Positions 7,923-17,105 of a stretch of 37,297 bases of DNA are shown here, in pieces. Numbering within the stretch: position 1 is the first letter of the stretch; every line of letters starts with the position of its first letter. The stretch comes from Bacillota bacterium (GTDB lineage Bacteria; Bacillota; Dehalobacteriia; UBA4068): NCBI GenBank assembly GCA_009778255.1, contig WRKD01000230.1:1-37297 (forward strand). Direction: 5' to 3'. The notes under the pieces were generated by a model that had not been told where the DNA came from, searched no databases, and saw only the letters and a program-made list of their open reading frames with translations. A program made the translations under genes and the position numbers.

Positions 7923-8882
7923 ATGGAGAAGTGGGCCGCGATAGATATCGGTTCTAATACGGTGCAATTATTGGTGGTCGAAAGGGAGGATGCTCACTTT
8001 CGACCACCTTTAACTGATAGTGTAATAAAGCCGGGAAATACTAAAAACCCTCTATTTAGTGCTTTGCGCACGACCAGATTGGGGGCAAGCAGTAAGCCAG
8101 GCTTATTAAAAAAGAAGCGTATAGAAGAAACTGTAGAAGCGCTTAAGGAGTATCATAGCTTACTTAGCAGCCTTGGAGTTGAAAAAGTGCGCGTTATAGC
8201 TACTTCTGCAGTGCGAGACGCCGCTAATGCACAACTATTGCTGCAGGCAGTGCGCGATTCTTGCGGCTGGCAGATAGAAATACTCTCGGGGCAGGAAGAA
8301 GCCCGCTTTTCATTTTTCGGTGCGGCTGCTTCGGCTTTGGCTTATGGCATGAATCATATAATAGTACTGGATATTGGCGGAAATTCCAGCGAATTGATTC
8401 GCTGGCGTAAGAATCGCTTGAGTACTATTAGTGCAAATGTGGGAGCAGTGCGCGCACATGTAGCCGGCTGGCAAATAAATGAAATTATTGAAGCGCTGGC
8501 TTTCATTGACCGGGAAGAGGATGATGATAAAGCCGAACTAATTATTGGAGTTGGCGGTACTATCACCACAGCCGCCGCCCTCATTATGGGCTGCCAAGAA
8601 TATGACCGGAAAACTGTGGAAGGCTATTGCTTAAAAATAGAAGAAGTAGAAGAGTTGATAACCATACTACAGCCCTTAACAATTGCCGAGCGTTGCGCTT
8701 TTTCGCCCTTGCTTGAGCGTCGTGGTGAAATTATTTGTGAAGGGTTGTTAATATTGGTTGTTTTTTATCGTTTGTTATCATTGACTGAGTTAAAAGTTAG
8801 CGCGGGCGGGGTATTGGAAGGTTGCTTGTGGGATTTGTATCAAAGAGGATCATTTCCAAGAAACGAAATAAACCATCTATAG
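7923..8882 (+). CDS. Ppx/GppA-family phosphatase (exopolyphosphatase-like)
   Basis: N-terminal AAIDIGSNTVQLLV, then RVIATSAVRDAANA, VLDIGGNSSEL and GVGGTITT, which are ASKHA-fold Ppx/GppA motifs. Confidence 0.85.
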   Translation: MEKWAAIDIGSNTVQLLVVEREDAHFRPPLTDSVIKPGNTKNPLFSALRTTRLGASSKPGLLKKKRIEETVEALKEYHSLLSSLGVEKVRVIATSAVRDAANAQLLLQAVRDSCGWQIEILSGQEEARFSFFGAAASALAYGMNHIIVLDIGGNSSELIRWRKNRLSTISANVGAVRAHVAGWQINEIIEALAFIDREEDDDKAELIIGVGGTITTAAALIMGCQEYDRKTVEGYCLKIEEVEELITILQPLTIAERCAFSPLLERRGEIICEGLLILVVFYRLLSLTELKVSAGGVLEGCLWDLYQRGSFPRNEINHL

Positions 8883-8921
8883 TCAAATTCGGAGTAATTA
8901 GAGGCGCCCTATAATTTTTTA

Positions 8922-8950
8922 TTGCGCTGCCTAAAAAATATTGGTATACT
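8922..8950 (+). promoter_or_regulatory. Sigma-A-type promoter upstream of hom (TTGCGC-17-TATACT)
   Basis: TTGCGC at 8922-8927, a 17-nt spacer and TATACT at 8945-8950. This argues against the tracked ORF start at 8922. Confidence 0.5.
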
Positions 8951-8984
8951 ATTTTATATAATTTCAACTTATGAAAGGGGTTGC

Positions 8985-10400
8985 ATGATGAAAAGCTATG
9001 AATATTCCCAGCGTAGAAGGCGGAGCCATAAAAGCGGGAGCTCTGGATTAGTATCTATGCCGAGGCGTGAAGCAATAAGCCCCGACAAATTTAATAAACT
9101 GAAAATAAACGTGGGTATATGCGGTTTAGGTACAGTGGGAACAGGTACACTTGATGTGCTGATGCATAATCGCGATATCATCGGTGCACGTGCTTTACCA
9201 ATTCGTGTTACCCATGTGGCAGATATAGATGTACAACATGCCGCTGCTGTGTTAGAACAGTACAATTTAGCCGATATAAAGGTTAGCTCTACTTGGCAGG
9301 CTTTGGTTGACGACCCTACCCTTGATATAGTGGTTGAACTGATAGGTGCCGCGTCGGCAGCCCACGATTTTATTGGTGCTGCGCTAAGTGCAGGTAAAAG
9401 TGTGGTAACAGCAAATAAAGATATAATGGCTTCTCATGGAGGTGAATTATTGGCTCTGGCTGCCGAGAACAAAGTTGATTTATTTTTCGAAGGCAGCGTA
9501 TGTGGGGGCATTCCTATCATCGCGGCTATGAAAGAAGGTTTTGCGGCTAATAATATAATAAGAATATTAGGCATAGTTAATGGCACTACTAACTATATTT
9601 TAACCAATATGACAGAATATGGCATAAGCTTTGCAGATGCTTTAGCTGAAGCCAAGCGTTTAGGCTATGCTGAAGCGGAAGCGGAAAATGATATTGAAGG
9701 TCATGACGCGGCGCGTAAAATTGCCATTTTGGCTTCTATTGCCTTTAACAGCCGCGTTAAAGACGATATGATACCCACGGAAGGCATTAGCGGAATAACG
9801 CAATGGGATATTGCTTATGCCGGGGAATTCGGCTATGTAATTAAGATGTTAGGCATAGCGAGAAGTGACGGGCAGATTATAGAAGCTCGCGTGCATCCGG
9901 CGATGATCAAAAAAAGTCATCCTTTGGCGGCGGTACGAGATAGTTATAATGCTGTTTTTATTGAAGGAGATGCGCTTGAAAACGCTATGCTATATGGACG
10001 GGGCGCCGGTGCTTTGCCAACCGGCAGTGCTGTGGCGGCAGATATTATCAGCGCAGCACGAAATATTGCCCATAATGGACGCGCACGTTGGGGTTGTACA
10101 TGCTATCGCAGCTTACCTGTTAAACAGCTTTCTGAGACTAAAAGTAAATATTATGTACGGTTACAGGCAATAGATTTACCGGGTGTATTCGCCGCTATTA
10201 CTGCCAAACTGGGTGAACAGCAGGTGAGTATGGCTTCAGTTGTGCAAAAGCGTAGTATGGAAGATGGGGCAGCGGAAATTGTATTGATCACCCATGAAGT
10301 TAATCATCAACATTTACACAATGCGCTTGGAGAAATAGCTGCTTTGGAGTGTGTAGCGGAAATTGGCAGTGTGATTCGCGTAGAGGACAGCGAAGCATGA
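8985..10400 (+). CDS. hom: Homoserine dehydrogenase
   Basis: NAD-binding VGICGLGTVGTG, VVTANKD, a catalytic region (GIVNGTTNYILT, AEAKRLGYAEAEAENDIEGHDAARKIAILA) and a C-terminal ACT-like domain. The ATG at 8985 lies 4 nt after GAAAGGGG. This leaves an unusual ~45-aa basic N-terminal extension. Confidence 0.9.
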   Translation: MMKSYEYSQRRRRSHKSGSSGLVSMPRREAISPDKFNKLKINVGICGLGTVGTGTLDVLMHNRDIIGARALPIRVTHVADIDVQHAAAVLEQYNLADIKVSSTWQALVDDPTLDIVVELIGAASAAHDFIGAALSAGKSVVTANKDIMASHGGELLALAAENKVDLFFEGSVCGGIPIIAAMKEGFAANNIIRILGIVNGTTNYILTNMTEYGISFADALAEAKRLGYAEAEAENDIEGHDAARKIAILASIAFNSRVKDDMIPTEGISGITQWDIAYAGEFGYVIKMLGIARSDGQIIEARVHPAMIKKSHPLAAVRDSYNAVFIEGDALENAMLYGRGAGALPTGSAVAADIISAARNIAHNGRARWGCTCYRSLPVKQLSETKSKYYVRLQAIDLPGVFAAITAKLGEQQVSMASVVQKRSMEDGAAEIVLITHEVNHQHLHNALGEIAALECVAEIGSVIRVEDSEA

Positions 10401-11293
10401 GAATACGTATACCTGCCACCACGGCTAATTTGGGCTGTGGATTTGATAGCTTTGGTATGGCTTTAGGATATTACAATTATCTGGATTTTGAGGAAGCGAG
10501 TAAAGCTTCCGTACAAATAGTGGGGCATGGCGCCAAGCATTTACCGGTGAACGCGCAAAACTTAATACTCCGCGCTGCTCAGGCTGTTTACGATAGTACG
10601 AATAGCGGCTCGGCTATGTTATCTATTATTGCCCATAATAATATCCCCCTTTCCCGCGGCATGGGTTCTTCTTCCGCAGCTATTGTAGGAGGTCTTTATG
10701 CCGCTAATCATGTTTTAGGCCAGCCTTTATCAAAAGATAAATTACTATTATTAGCTACAGAAATCGAGGGACATGCGGATAATGTGGCTCCGGCTCTTTT
10801 AGGCGGGTTTATTGTTATCGTTCATGAGGGAAATGAGCAAAGAGTAAAACGTTTAGCATTACCGCCATCGCTTAAGTCGGTTCTGGCGGTGCCGGATTTT
10901 ACAGTTTCTACTAAAAGGGCGCGTTTTATTTTGCCGCAAAAGGTGATGCTAACTGATGCAGTTTATAATCTCAGCCACGCGGCATTTATGGTTCTTTCTT
11001 TGGCAGAGGGAGATTTACATGGTTTTGGAGAAATGCTAAAAGACCGTTTACATCAAGTGCATCGTTTAAAGCTGATTCCAGGCGGCGGCGCAGTGGCGCA
11101 AGCAGCGCAAGCTGCGGGTGCTTTGGGTTGTGCCATATCCGGTTCAGGACCCACAATGATAGCTTTTTATGAAGGAGAAAAAGAGCAAGGTATAGCTATT
11201 GGCGAAGCTATGCGTAGCGCTTTTGCCCTGGAACGGATTCAGGCAGACATCATGCTAGTAAGCCCGGATAATATAGGGACTCTTGTTGTATAG
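10397..11293 (+). CDS. thrB: Homoserine kinase
   Basis: Begins MRIRIPATTANLGCGFD. GHMP kinase motif PLSRGMGSSSAAIVGG. The ATG at 10397 overlaps the hom stop (ATGA). Confidence 0.9.
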   Translation: MRIRIPATTANLGCGFDSFGMALGYYNYLDFEEASKASVQIVGHGAKHLPVNAQNLILRAAQAVYDSTNSGSAMLSIIAHNNIPLSRGMGSSSAAIVGGLYAANHVLGQPLSKDKLLLLATEIEGHADNVAPALLGGFIVIVHEGNEQRVKRLALPPSLKSVLAVPDFTVSTKRARFILPQKVMLTDAVYNLSHAAFMVLSLAEGDLHGFGEMLKDRLHQVHRLKLIPGGGAVAQAAQAAGALGCAISGSGPTMIAFYEGEKEQGIAIGEAMRSAFALERIQADIMLVSPDNIGTLVV

Positions 11294-11337
11294 TTTTCTG
11301 ACCCCACATAATATTGCTAGGAATTGTGAGGGATAAT

Positions 11338-12570
11338 ATGGCTGTTGTGGTACAAAAATATGGCGGCAGCTCGGTGGCTAATGCCGAGCGTTTGCGTTCT
11401 GTAGCTCGCAGGGTGAGTGAAACGGTGGCGCATGGACATCAGGTAGTAGTGGTGGTATCTGCTATGGGCGATACAACCGATGACTTGATTGCTTTGGCAG
11501 GTCAGTTGAGCCGACTTAAACATAAGCGTGAGATGGATATGTTAATGGCTACCGGCGAACAGCAGACCATTGCTTTGTTGGCTATGACTCTATTGGATAT
11601 GGGGGTGCCTGCGATTTCTTTAACCGGGCGTATGGCCGGCTTCCGTACAGATGGTAATTTTGGTAACGGACGTATTCTTTGCATGGAATGTGAAAGAGTA
11701 GAGCAGGAATTAGCCTCTGGTAAAGTGGTGGTGGCTGCTGGTTTTCAGGGTGTGGATAAGATGGAAGATATTATTACTCTGGGGCGCGGCGGCTCCGATA
11801 CCAGTGCGGTGGCTTTGGCTGTAGCGCTCAAAGCTGAAAGCTGTGAGATATTCACCGATGTTGAAGGTGTGTATTCTGCCGATCCGCGTATTGTTAAAAA
11901 AGCATGGAAAATGCCGTTTATTTCATATGACGAAATGCTGGAAATGGCTTCTATGGGCGCACTTGTTTTGCAACCGCGCAGTGTGGAATTGGCAAAGCAA
12001 TATGGTGTGAGGTTGCATGTGCGTTCTAGCTTTAATTACCATGAAGGTACGATAGTGCAGGAGGAGGCTCTTATGAATAAGGAGCTGGAAAAAGAATTGA
12101 TAGTTTGCGGAGTAGCCCATGATTTAAATGTGCTCAAAATAACCTTGTTCGCAGTGCCCGATACACCGGGCGTAGCCGGGCTAATTTTTGGCGCTTTGGC
12201 GGCGGAAGCTGTGAATGTAGATATGATTATTCAAAGTGGCAATCGTAATGATAAACAAGACTTGTCTTTTACCTGTGGAAGAGATGAGCGTGATAGGGTG
12301 GAACCGATTTTACGGGAGCTGGTAAAGAATTTGGCAGCTGAGAATTTTGAGCTTTCCGATAATAAAGCCAAGATATCCATTGTGGGCGCAGGAATGCTAA
12401 CGCATCCGGGCGTGGCGGCGCGTATGTTTGAGGTGTTGGCAAAAACGGGTTGTAATATAGATATGATTTCTACTTCGGAGATCAAGATTTCCTGTATTAT
12501 AGATGAAACGAAAATCAAACAAGCAGTATTAGCTTTGCATACTGCCTTTGAACTTGATTGTGGTACTTAG
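11338..12570 (+). CDS. Aspartate kinase (aspartokinase) with C-terminal ACT domains
   Basis: VVQKYGGSSV, VVVVSAMGDTTD, LGRGGSDTSAVALA and EIFTDVEGVYSADPR. Tandem ACT regions at the C-terminus. The ATG at 11338 follows GAGGG. Confidence 0.9.
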   Translation: MAVVVQKYGGSSVANAERLRSVARRVSETVAHGHQVVVVVSAMGDTTDDLIALAGQLSRLKHKREMDMLMATGEQQTIALLAMTLLDMGVPAISLTGRMAGFRTDGNFGNGRILCMECERVEQELASGKVVVAAGFQGVDKMEDIITLGRGGSDTSAVALAVALKAESCEIFTDVEGVYSADPRIVKKAWKMPFISYDEMLEMASMGALVLQPRSVELAKQYGVRLHVRSSFNYHEGTIVQEEALMNKELEKELIVCGVAHDLNVLKITLFAVPDTPGVAGLIFGALAAEAVNVDMIIQSGNRNDKQDLSFTCGRDERDRVEPILRELVKNLAAENFELSDNKAKISIVGAGMLTHPGVAARMFEVLAKTGCNIDMISTSEIKISCIIDETKIKQAVLALHTAFELDCGT

Positions 12571-12610
12571 AACATAAGCTATTTCAGTTCAGGAGACTAT
12601 TATGAATTTA

Positions 12611-12648
12611 CCAGAAAAAACAACTTGCATTCAAGTGGTTTTTTCTGT
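12611..12648. terminator. Bidirectional intrinsic terminator after the aspartokinase gene
   Basis: ccagaaaaaacaacttg-catt-caagtggttttttctg: a long stem flanked by an A-run and a T-run. Confidence 0.7.
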
Positions 12649-12653
12649 ATAAT
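12625..12653 (+). promoter_or_regulatory. Sigma-A-type promoter for tRNA-Ser (TTGCAT-17-TATAAT)
   Basis: TTGCAT at 12625-12630, a 17-nt spacer and TATAAT at 12648-12653, about 48 nt upstream of the tRNA 5' end. It overlaps the terminator stem. Confidence 0.45.
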
Positions 12654-12701
12654 ACAAAGGTATTCGTGCTCATGCAGTATTTGTAAATGTTTATATATTG
12701 T

Positions 12702-12790
12702 GGAGTGGTATCGAAGTGGTCATAACGAGCTGCACTGGAAATGCAGTGTACCTCCGGGTACCGCGAGTTCGAATCTCGCCCACTCCGCCA
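12702..12790 (+). tRNA. tRNA-Ser: tRNA-Ser (anticodon GGA), class II with long variable arm and encoded CCA
   Basis: Acceptor GGAGTGG/CCACTCC with G73 and CCA. Anticodon stem CTGCA/TGCAG with loop CTGGAAA (GGA). Variable arm tgtacctccgggtacc. T arm GCGAG-TTCGAAT-CTCGC. Confidence 0.9.
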
Positions 12791-12795
12791 GCTAA

Positions 12796-12834
12796 AATGC
12801 CTGCTATCCATAGGGTTGCAGGCATTTTTATTTT
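12796..12834 (+). terminator. Intrinsic terminator after tRNA-Ser
   Basis: aatgcctgc...gcaggcatt stem followed by tttttatttt. Confidence 0.75.
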
Positions 12835-13212
12835 GCGTTGCCTGCCATATTTTTACCGCTTTTTCCTGAGTTTGACACGCATTTTCCATAAAAAACTGGC
12901 TGCCATTCAGATATTTAGCAGCCAGTTTTGTGTTACTTTAGCACTTCATAGTAGCCATACATTTAAAAAATAATCCTTGATATAAATTGTATTACATGAT
13001 AAAATATGGCCATACTGATGAAGCTGGTGATATGCATGGCTACAAAAACTACCAAGTACCATCTGGAAATTCAAACCCACCGCAAAAACCCCTATGGTTT
13101 GTTACGTACAAGCCCACGGCAGCGCCCACGGCGGTTCTGGCGTAGCCTAACCGTCAGAGTGGGTCACATATGCTTTGTAAAAGCGGGTGATACGTCCTTC
13201 GTTCTTCTTTTT

Positions 13213-13440
13213 TTAGCCGTTTTTATTTTCATTCGCCATTCGTTTGTATTCCAGAATATCACCCGGTTGACAGTCTAAAACATCACATATTGCGTCGAGC
13301 GTGGAAAAGCGGATTGCACTGACTTTGCCTGTCTTGATATTTGATAGGTTAACATTGGCAATCCCCACTTTCGCCGCTAGGTCGTTAAGTGATATTTTTC
13401 TGTCAGCCATCATTCTATCAAGCCGTAAAATAATAGCCAC
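13213..13440 (-). CDS. XRE/Cro-type HTH transcriptional regulator (YozG-like)
   Basis: (V)AIILRLDRMMADRKISLNDLAAKVGIANVNLSNIKTGKVSAIRFSTLDAICDVLDCQPGDILEY matches the short YozG-type HTH family. The GTG start at 13440 follows GAGGTGG. The tracked upstream extension overlaps the previous gene. Confidence 0.85.
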   Translation of the reverse strand: MAIILRLDRMMADRKISLNDLAAKVGIANVNLSNIKTGKVSAIRFSTLDAICDVLDCQPGDILEYKRMANENKNG

Positions 13441-13450
13441 GTTTACCACC

Positions 13451-13984
13451 TCACAATGTCGTATCGCTTTCATTTTGAAGTGAACGGCCATAATCGAAAA
13501 TTAGACAAAGCACCCAAACGACACCTGCCGCGATGAAAGCGACGAGGCCCGACACACAACCTACGACCAACAAAACAATCGCCAACCTCTTTAACGCCTT
13601 TATGACATCATCACGGAATGGGGAACCATTTTCCCTGAGTAGCTTAAAAACTTTTCTTACAAAACGAAGGCCGACCAGTGTAAATATGGTACTAAGGAAG
13701 CCGGTCAATCCGACAATGGGAACGAATCCGTTTGCGTTCAAAAAATCATAGCCCGATTTCCACATAATCGGAAGGCAAACGCTGGTATTGCCGATTTTGA
13801 ACAGCAGTGGCACATTCATATCCACACCGTTGATCGTGACAATCTCCGTACCTAAATTCTTAGTCGTCCATACCCAAGCAAGTAGTTCCGCTACCGCCAA
13901 AACAATGAATACAATGGTTGCGATGTTTAACAAGACACTGATAACCTTGCTGAACCGTTTGATTTTTTCTGTTTGCTTTTCCAT
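13451..13984 (-). CDS. DUF2975-like multi-pass membrane protein, the usual partner of YozG-type HTH regulators
   Basis: Four predicted TM segments. It lies immediately upstream of the YozG-like gene with a 10-nt gap. The ATG at 13984 (MEKQTEKIKR) lies 9 nt after GGAAGGTGG. Family assignment rests on the conserved pairing and topology. Confidence 0.6.
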   Translation of the reverse strand: MEKQTEKIKRFSKVISVLLNIATIVFIVLAVAELLAWVWTTKNLGTEIVTINGVDMNVPLLFKIGNTSVCLPIMWKSGYDFLNANGFVPIVGLTGFLSTIFTLVGLRFVRKVFKLLRENGSPFRDDVIKALKRLAIVLLVVGCVSGLVAFIAAGVVWVLCLIFDYGRSLQNESDTTL

Positions 13985-14120
13985 TTCGGAAAACCACCTT
14001 CCGATTTTATTAGTGTATGTCATGACAACCATAGTATAGTACAATGATTTATGATTGTCAAGTATTTTTTAACGATAATCGTAAAAATAATAATCTGCCG
14101 CGTTATAACTCACCGAACTG

Positions 14121-14173
14121 ACAAAAATCCCAAGCCCCTTTGCGTAAGTGTACAGCCGCCGAGGGGCTTTTTA
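14121..14173 (-). terminator. Intrinsic (bidirectional-looking) terminator after the ABC-2 permease gene
   Basis: aagcccct...aggggctt stem (14132-14139 / 14162-14169). T-runs flank it on both strands. Confidence 0.6.
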
Positions 14174-14214
14174 TATATACAACCGATATTATGCTTATAC
14201 TGCCAATCAAGCTA

Positions 14215-15072
14215 TTAGCTATTTTTTCTGGACATATTTAAAAGTGATAAACTATAAAAGACAACTGCTGTGCCCATTAAAATTATAATGCTGACCCACG
14301 GAGTGACCACGTAATTACCGAAGCGGAAGGTTACACCCATATACTCTTTAAATTCATTCAAATAATCAATCGGTATTCTGTTAAACGAGGACTGCAAAGG
14401 AGTTTCCATCAGTACTTGGCGAAACAGTGACGCGCCGTGTGATACAGGGAATACCTTAATAACCGCTTGTACCGATCCGGGCAAAGCCCCAATGGGAAGA
14501 TAAATGCCGGTCAGAAAGCCGATCAGGGTCCCTATGATGGTACTCGCTGTAGTAAACGCGCTATGGCTCTTAAAAAAGGATACGATGAAGTAAACCATTG
14601 AGGTATTTGTTATAGTTGCAAGAATCACTAACAAAAAGATTTCTACGCAGGCAGTAAGCGAAAGCCAATCGCCTCCATTGAATACAATATATATTTCAGA
14701 GATCACAACCGTAACAAGCGACATAATCACGGCTATTAAAAACGCGCTTCCTATATACCCACCTACGACACTGCTTCTTTTGATGGGTGAAGAATTGAAA
14801 TCCTTATTGATTTTTTTGACTTTATCATCAATCATAACCCCAAACGCACCCATAGTCGTAGTTACCGAGGCTACGGCAAGAAGTCCGGCTACAAGCCAAT
14901 TGTTCATTAAGACATCCGCATAGGGGATGTCTTTCATAGAATCAGTCAGCCAAACATCTCCTAAAAAAATCGTATAAAGGACAATAATGATGAGAATAGC
15001 CAGTAGTGAAAAGAACACAGCGCTTCTGTCGCGGAAGAATAATTTTAAGTTGCGTTTCATAAAAACTCTCAT
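14215..15072 (-). CDS. ABC-2-type transporter permease
   Basis: About six TM segments with an N-terminal KLFFRDRSAVFFSL motif typical of ABC-2 permeases. The ATG overlaps the ATPase stop (ATGA). Confidence 0.8.
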   Translation of the reverse strand: MRVFMKRNLKLFFRDRSAVFFSLLAILIIIVLYTIFLGDVWLTDSMKDIPYADVLMNNWLVAGLLAVASVTTTMGAFGVMIDDKVKKINKDFNSSPIKRSSVVGGYIGSAFLIAVIMSLVTVVISEIYIVFNGGDWLSLTACVEIFLLVILATITNTSMVYFIVSFFKSHSAFTTASTIIGTLIGFLTGIYLPIGALPGSVQAVIKVFPVSHGASLFRQVLMETPLQSSFNRIPIDYLNEFKEYMGVTFRFGNYVVTPWVSIIILMGTAVVFYSLSLLNMSRKNS

Positions 15073-15983
15073 TGCCGCAGCTCCCTTCCCGTAATACCAA
15101 TAAAGGCATCATCCATCGTTCCCTGCAATACTTGAAAACTGCTAATACAGGCACGGCATCTTTCCACTATAGGTATTGCCGCCATAGTATCGGACAATTT
15201 CACAACAAATTCGTTGCCAAAATGAGTAAAATCAAGCGCTAAATCCTGTATAGCTTGCCGTAGTGCGGCTTCATCCACAGCAGACAATCTTAAAGTGTCG
15301 GTGGCATAATGTGTTTTGAGTTCGGCGGGCGTACCTTTGGCCGCGACTTCGCCGTGGTCAATCACGATGACATAATCGGATTCTGCCGCTTCTTCCATAT
15401 AGTGCGTTGTCAGAAAAACAGTCATGCCTGTTTTCGTTTGAAGCTGCCTAATCGTATTCCAAATACTTTTACGGGTTTGCGGGTCAAGACCAGTGGTCGG
15501 TTCATCAAGGAACAAAATTTTTGGTGTGTTAATCAACGCCCGCGCGATATCAGCTCTGCGCCGTTGGCCGCCCGAAAGCTTTCCGTAGGGTCGGTCAACA
15601 AACTCATTAAGCTCTGTCATTTGTATCACCTCATATACAGCTTTCCTGATCTCAGCCTTGTTCAATGTGTACAATCCTGCTCTAATGGTCAGATTTTCAC
15701 GCACAGTAAGCAGATCGTCCAGCACTCCGTCTTGAAACACTACGCCGATCATTTGCCGGATCGTTTTACCTTCCCGGTGAAGGTCAAGTCCATTTATGGT
15801 AACCTCTCCACCGCTTGCGCTCATCAACGTGCATAGTATGTCGATTGTGGTCGATTTGCCCGCCCCGTTTGGGCCAAGAAAAGAAAATAATTTCCCCTGT
15901 TCAACATAAAAACCAATGCCCTTTACAGCAGTAAAGCTGCCATAGTTTTTTCTCAGATTGGTTACTTCAATTACCTTATTCAT
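15069..15983 (-). CDS. ABC transporter ATP-binding protein (ABC-2 / drug-exporter type)
   Basis: Walker A GPNGAGKST, signature LSGGQRRR, Walker B ILFLDEPTTGLD, H-loop TTHYMEEA. The ATG at 15983 follows GGGAGGTG; the tracked GTG start lies inside the RBS. Confidence 0.9.
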   Translation of the reverse strand: MNKVIEVTNLRKNYGSFTAVKGIGFYVEQGKLFSFLGPNGAGKSTTIDILCTLMSASGGEVTINGLDLHREGKTIRQMIGVVFQDGVLDDLLTVRENLTIRAGLYTLNKAEIRKAVYEVIQMTELNEFVDRPYGKLSGGQRRRADIARALINTPKILFLDEPTTGLDPQTRKSIWNTIRQLQTKTGMTVFLTTHYMEEAAESDYVIVIDHGEVAAKGTPAELKTHYATDTLRLSAVDEAALRQAIQDLALDFTHFGNEFVVKLSDTMAAIPIVERCRACISSFQVLQGTMDDAFIGITGRELRQ

Positions 15984-16130
15984 AGTGTAATTCACCTCCC
16001 TGAAGTCATTATAACAAAGGCTTTCAGAGCATACAACAGAGTCAAGGCAAGTTGTAAATATGACAATGTAAGACGCAAAAAAAGGACAGTAAGTTGTAGG
16101 CAGCCTACTGTCCTGTAGTGTGTATATTTG

Positions 16131-16562
16131 TTAAGAATGGTATCGCTGTTTCAATCTGTCGTTTAATTTATCTGCCAATTTTTTATCTTGAAAAGTTGCA
16201 ATAGCCAAGACTGCGGCGTAAACAACGAGAACAAGCGCAATAAATACAATAACCTCCGTGGGACTGTTCATTCTGACCCAATCCCAAAGTTGGGCAAAAT
16301 AGAAAAGCACAGCCAACAAAAACGGAATATGAATAATCTGGCGAATCAACATCTGCTTTTTGCCAAGCTCCTTGCGTGAATAAAATATGATAAAGGGTAA
16401 ATCACTGGCAAGGGCCATCAACAGTATTCTTCCAATATCGTCAAGTGAATAGACGGCATTTCGGTTAAATATCAGACAGAACACGTACATTGACGCGATA
16501 ATTCCTGTTGTAATTACAAAGTAAGAGTGGACCATAGTTTTTACCAAATCCCCTATACGCAT
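16131..16562 (-). CDS. DUF3021-like small membrane protein, partner of a receiver-less LytTR regulator
   Basis: Four TM segments in 143 aa. AGGGGGTG lies 5 nt upstream of the ATG. It is directly downstream of a LytTR-domain gene, which is a recurrent pairing. Confidence 0.6.
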   Translation of the reverse strand: MRIGDLVKTMVHSYFVITTGIIASMYVFCLIFNRNAVYSLDDIGRILLMALASDLPFIIFYSRKELGKKQMLIRQIIHIPFLLAVLFYFAQLWDWVRMNSPTEVIVFIALVLVVYAAVLAIATFQDKKLADKLNDRLKQRYHS

Positions 16563-16573
16563 TTTGACACCCC

Positions 16574-17008
16574 CTAAATACCGAGCCTTTTTTTCAAATC
16601 ATTGACATACTGTCTTGAAATAATTACCCTTTCGCCATTGTTCAGCGTAGCTTCAAACCGTCCGCTTAACGCGGGGCTAAGCATCCTTATCTTGCTCAAA
16701 TTCAATATCACCGATTTTGATACCCGTAAAAAATCACCGTTGCCAAGGGCTTCCTCTAACTCATAAAGCCTTTGCTTCGATTCATATATTTTGTCCTTAC
16801 AATAAAGAAAGGTCTTATTGTCCACAACTTCAATATAGTAGATCCCGACTGGCTGTACACGGTGAATTTCATTTCCGTTATAGGCTATAAGCGCGTTCTG
16901 CGCTTTCAACAGGGTAAGTACACGGAGGAGTTCAAGGCTCATCTGATGGCATTTGACAATTATTTGTTCTTCTTCGCCATCTTGCGGTTCCTCAATGACA
17001 ATTTTCAA
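16574..17008 (-). CDS. LytTR-family DNA-binding protein without a receiver domain
   Basis: At 144 aa it is too short to hold a receiver domain as well. The C-terminal FLRVSKSVILNLSKI...GERVIISRQYVNDLKKRL is LytTR-like. The TTG start at 17008 follows GGGGTGAG. Confidence 0.75.
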   Translation of the reverse strand: MKIVIEEPQDGEEEQIIVKCHQMSLELLRVLTLLKAQNALIAYNGNEIHRVQPVGIYYIEVVDNKTFLYCKDKIYESKQRLYELEEALGNGDFLRVSKSVILNLSKIRMLSPALSGRFEATLNNGERVIISRQYVNDLKKRLGI

Positions 17009-17105
17009 ATATACTCACCCCATCCATATGCAATCTTAGTGTGTTACAAAATTTTCAAATGCCCACACCATTATCATAGGGCGGGCTTTGCCAGCAACCC
17101 AAGTA

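Noticed and set aside
12608-12973. ORFs 12608..12889 (-) and 12698..12973 (+)
   Set aside because: They overlap tRNA-Ser and its terminator on both strands and are artefacts of six-frame translation.
15309-15836. 175-aa plus-strand ORF inside the ABC ATPase gene, and similar antisense ORFs inside the ABC exporter, NRPS, hom and aspartokinase genes
   Set aside because: All are antisense or out of frame relative to genes with unambiguous conserved motifs, and none has a recognisable domain or RBS.
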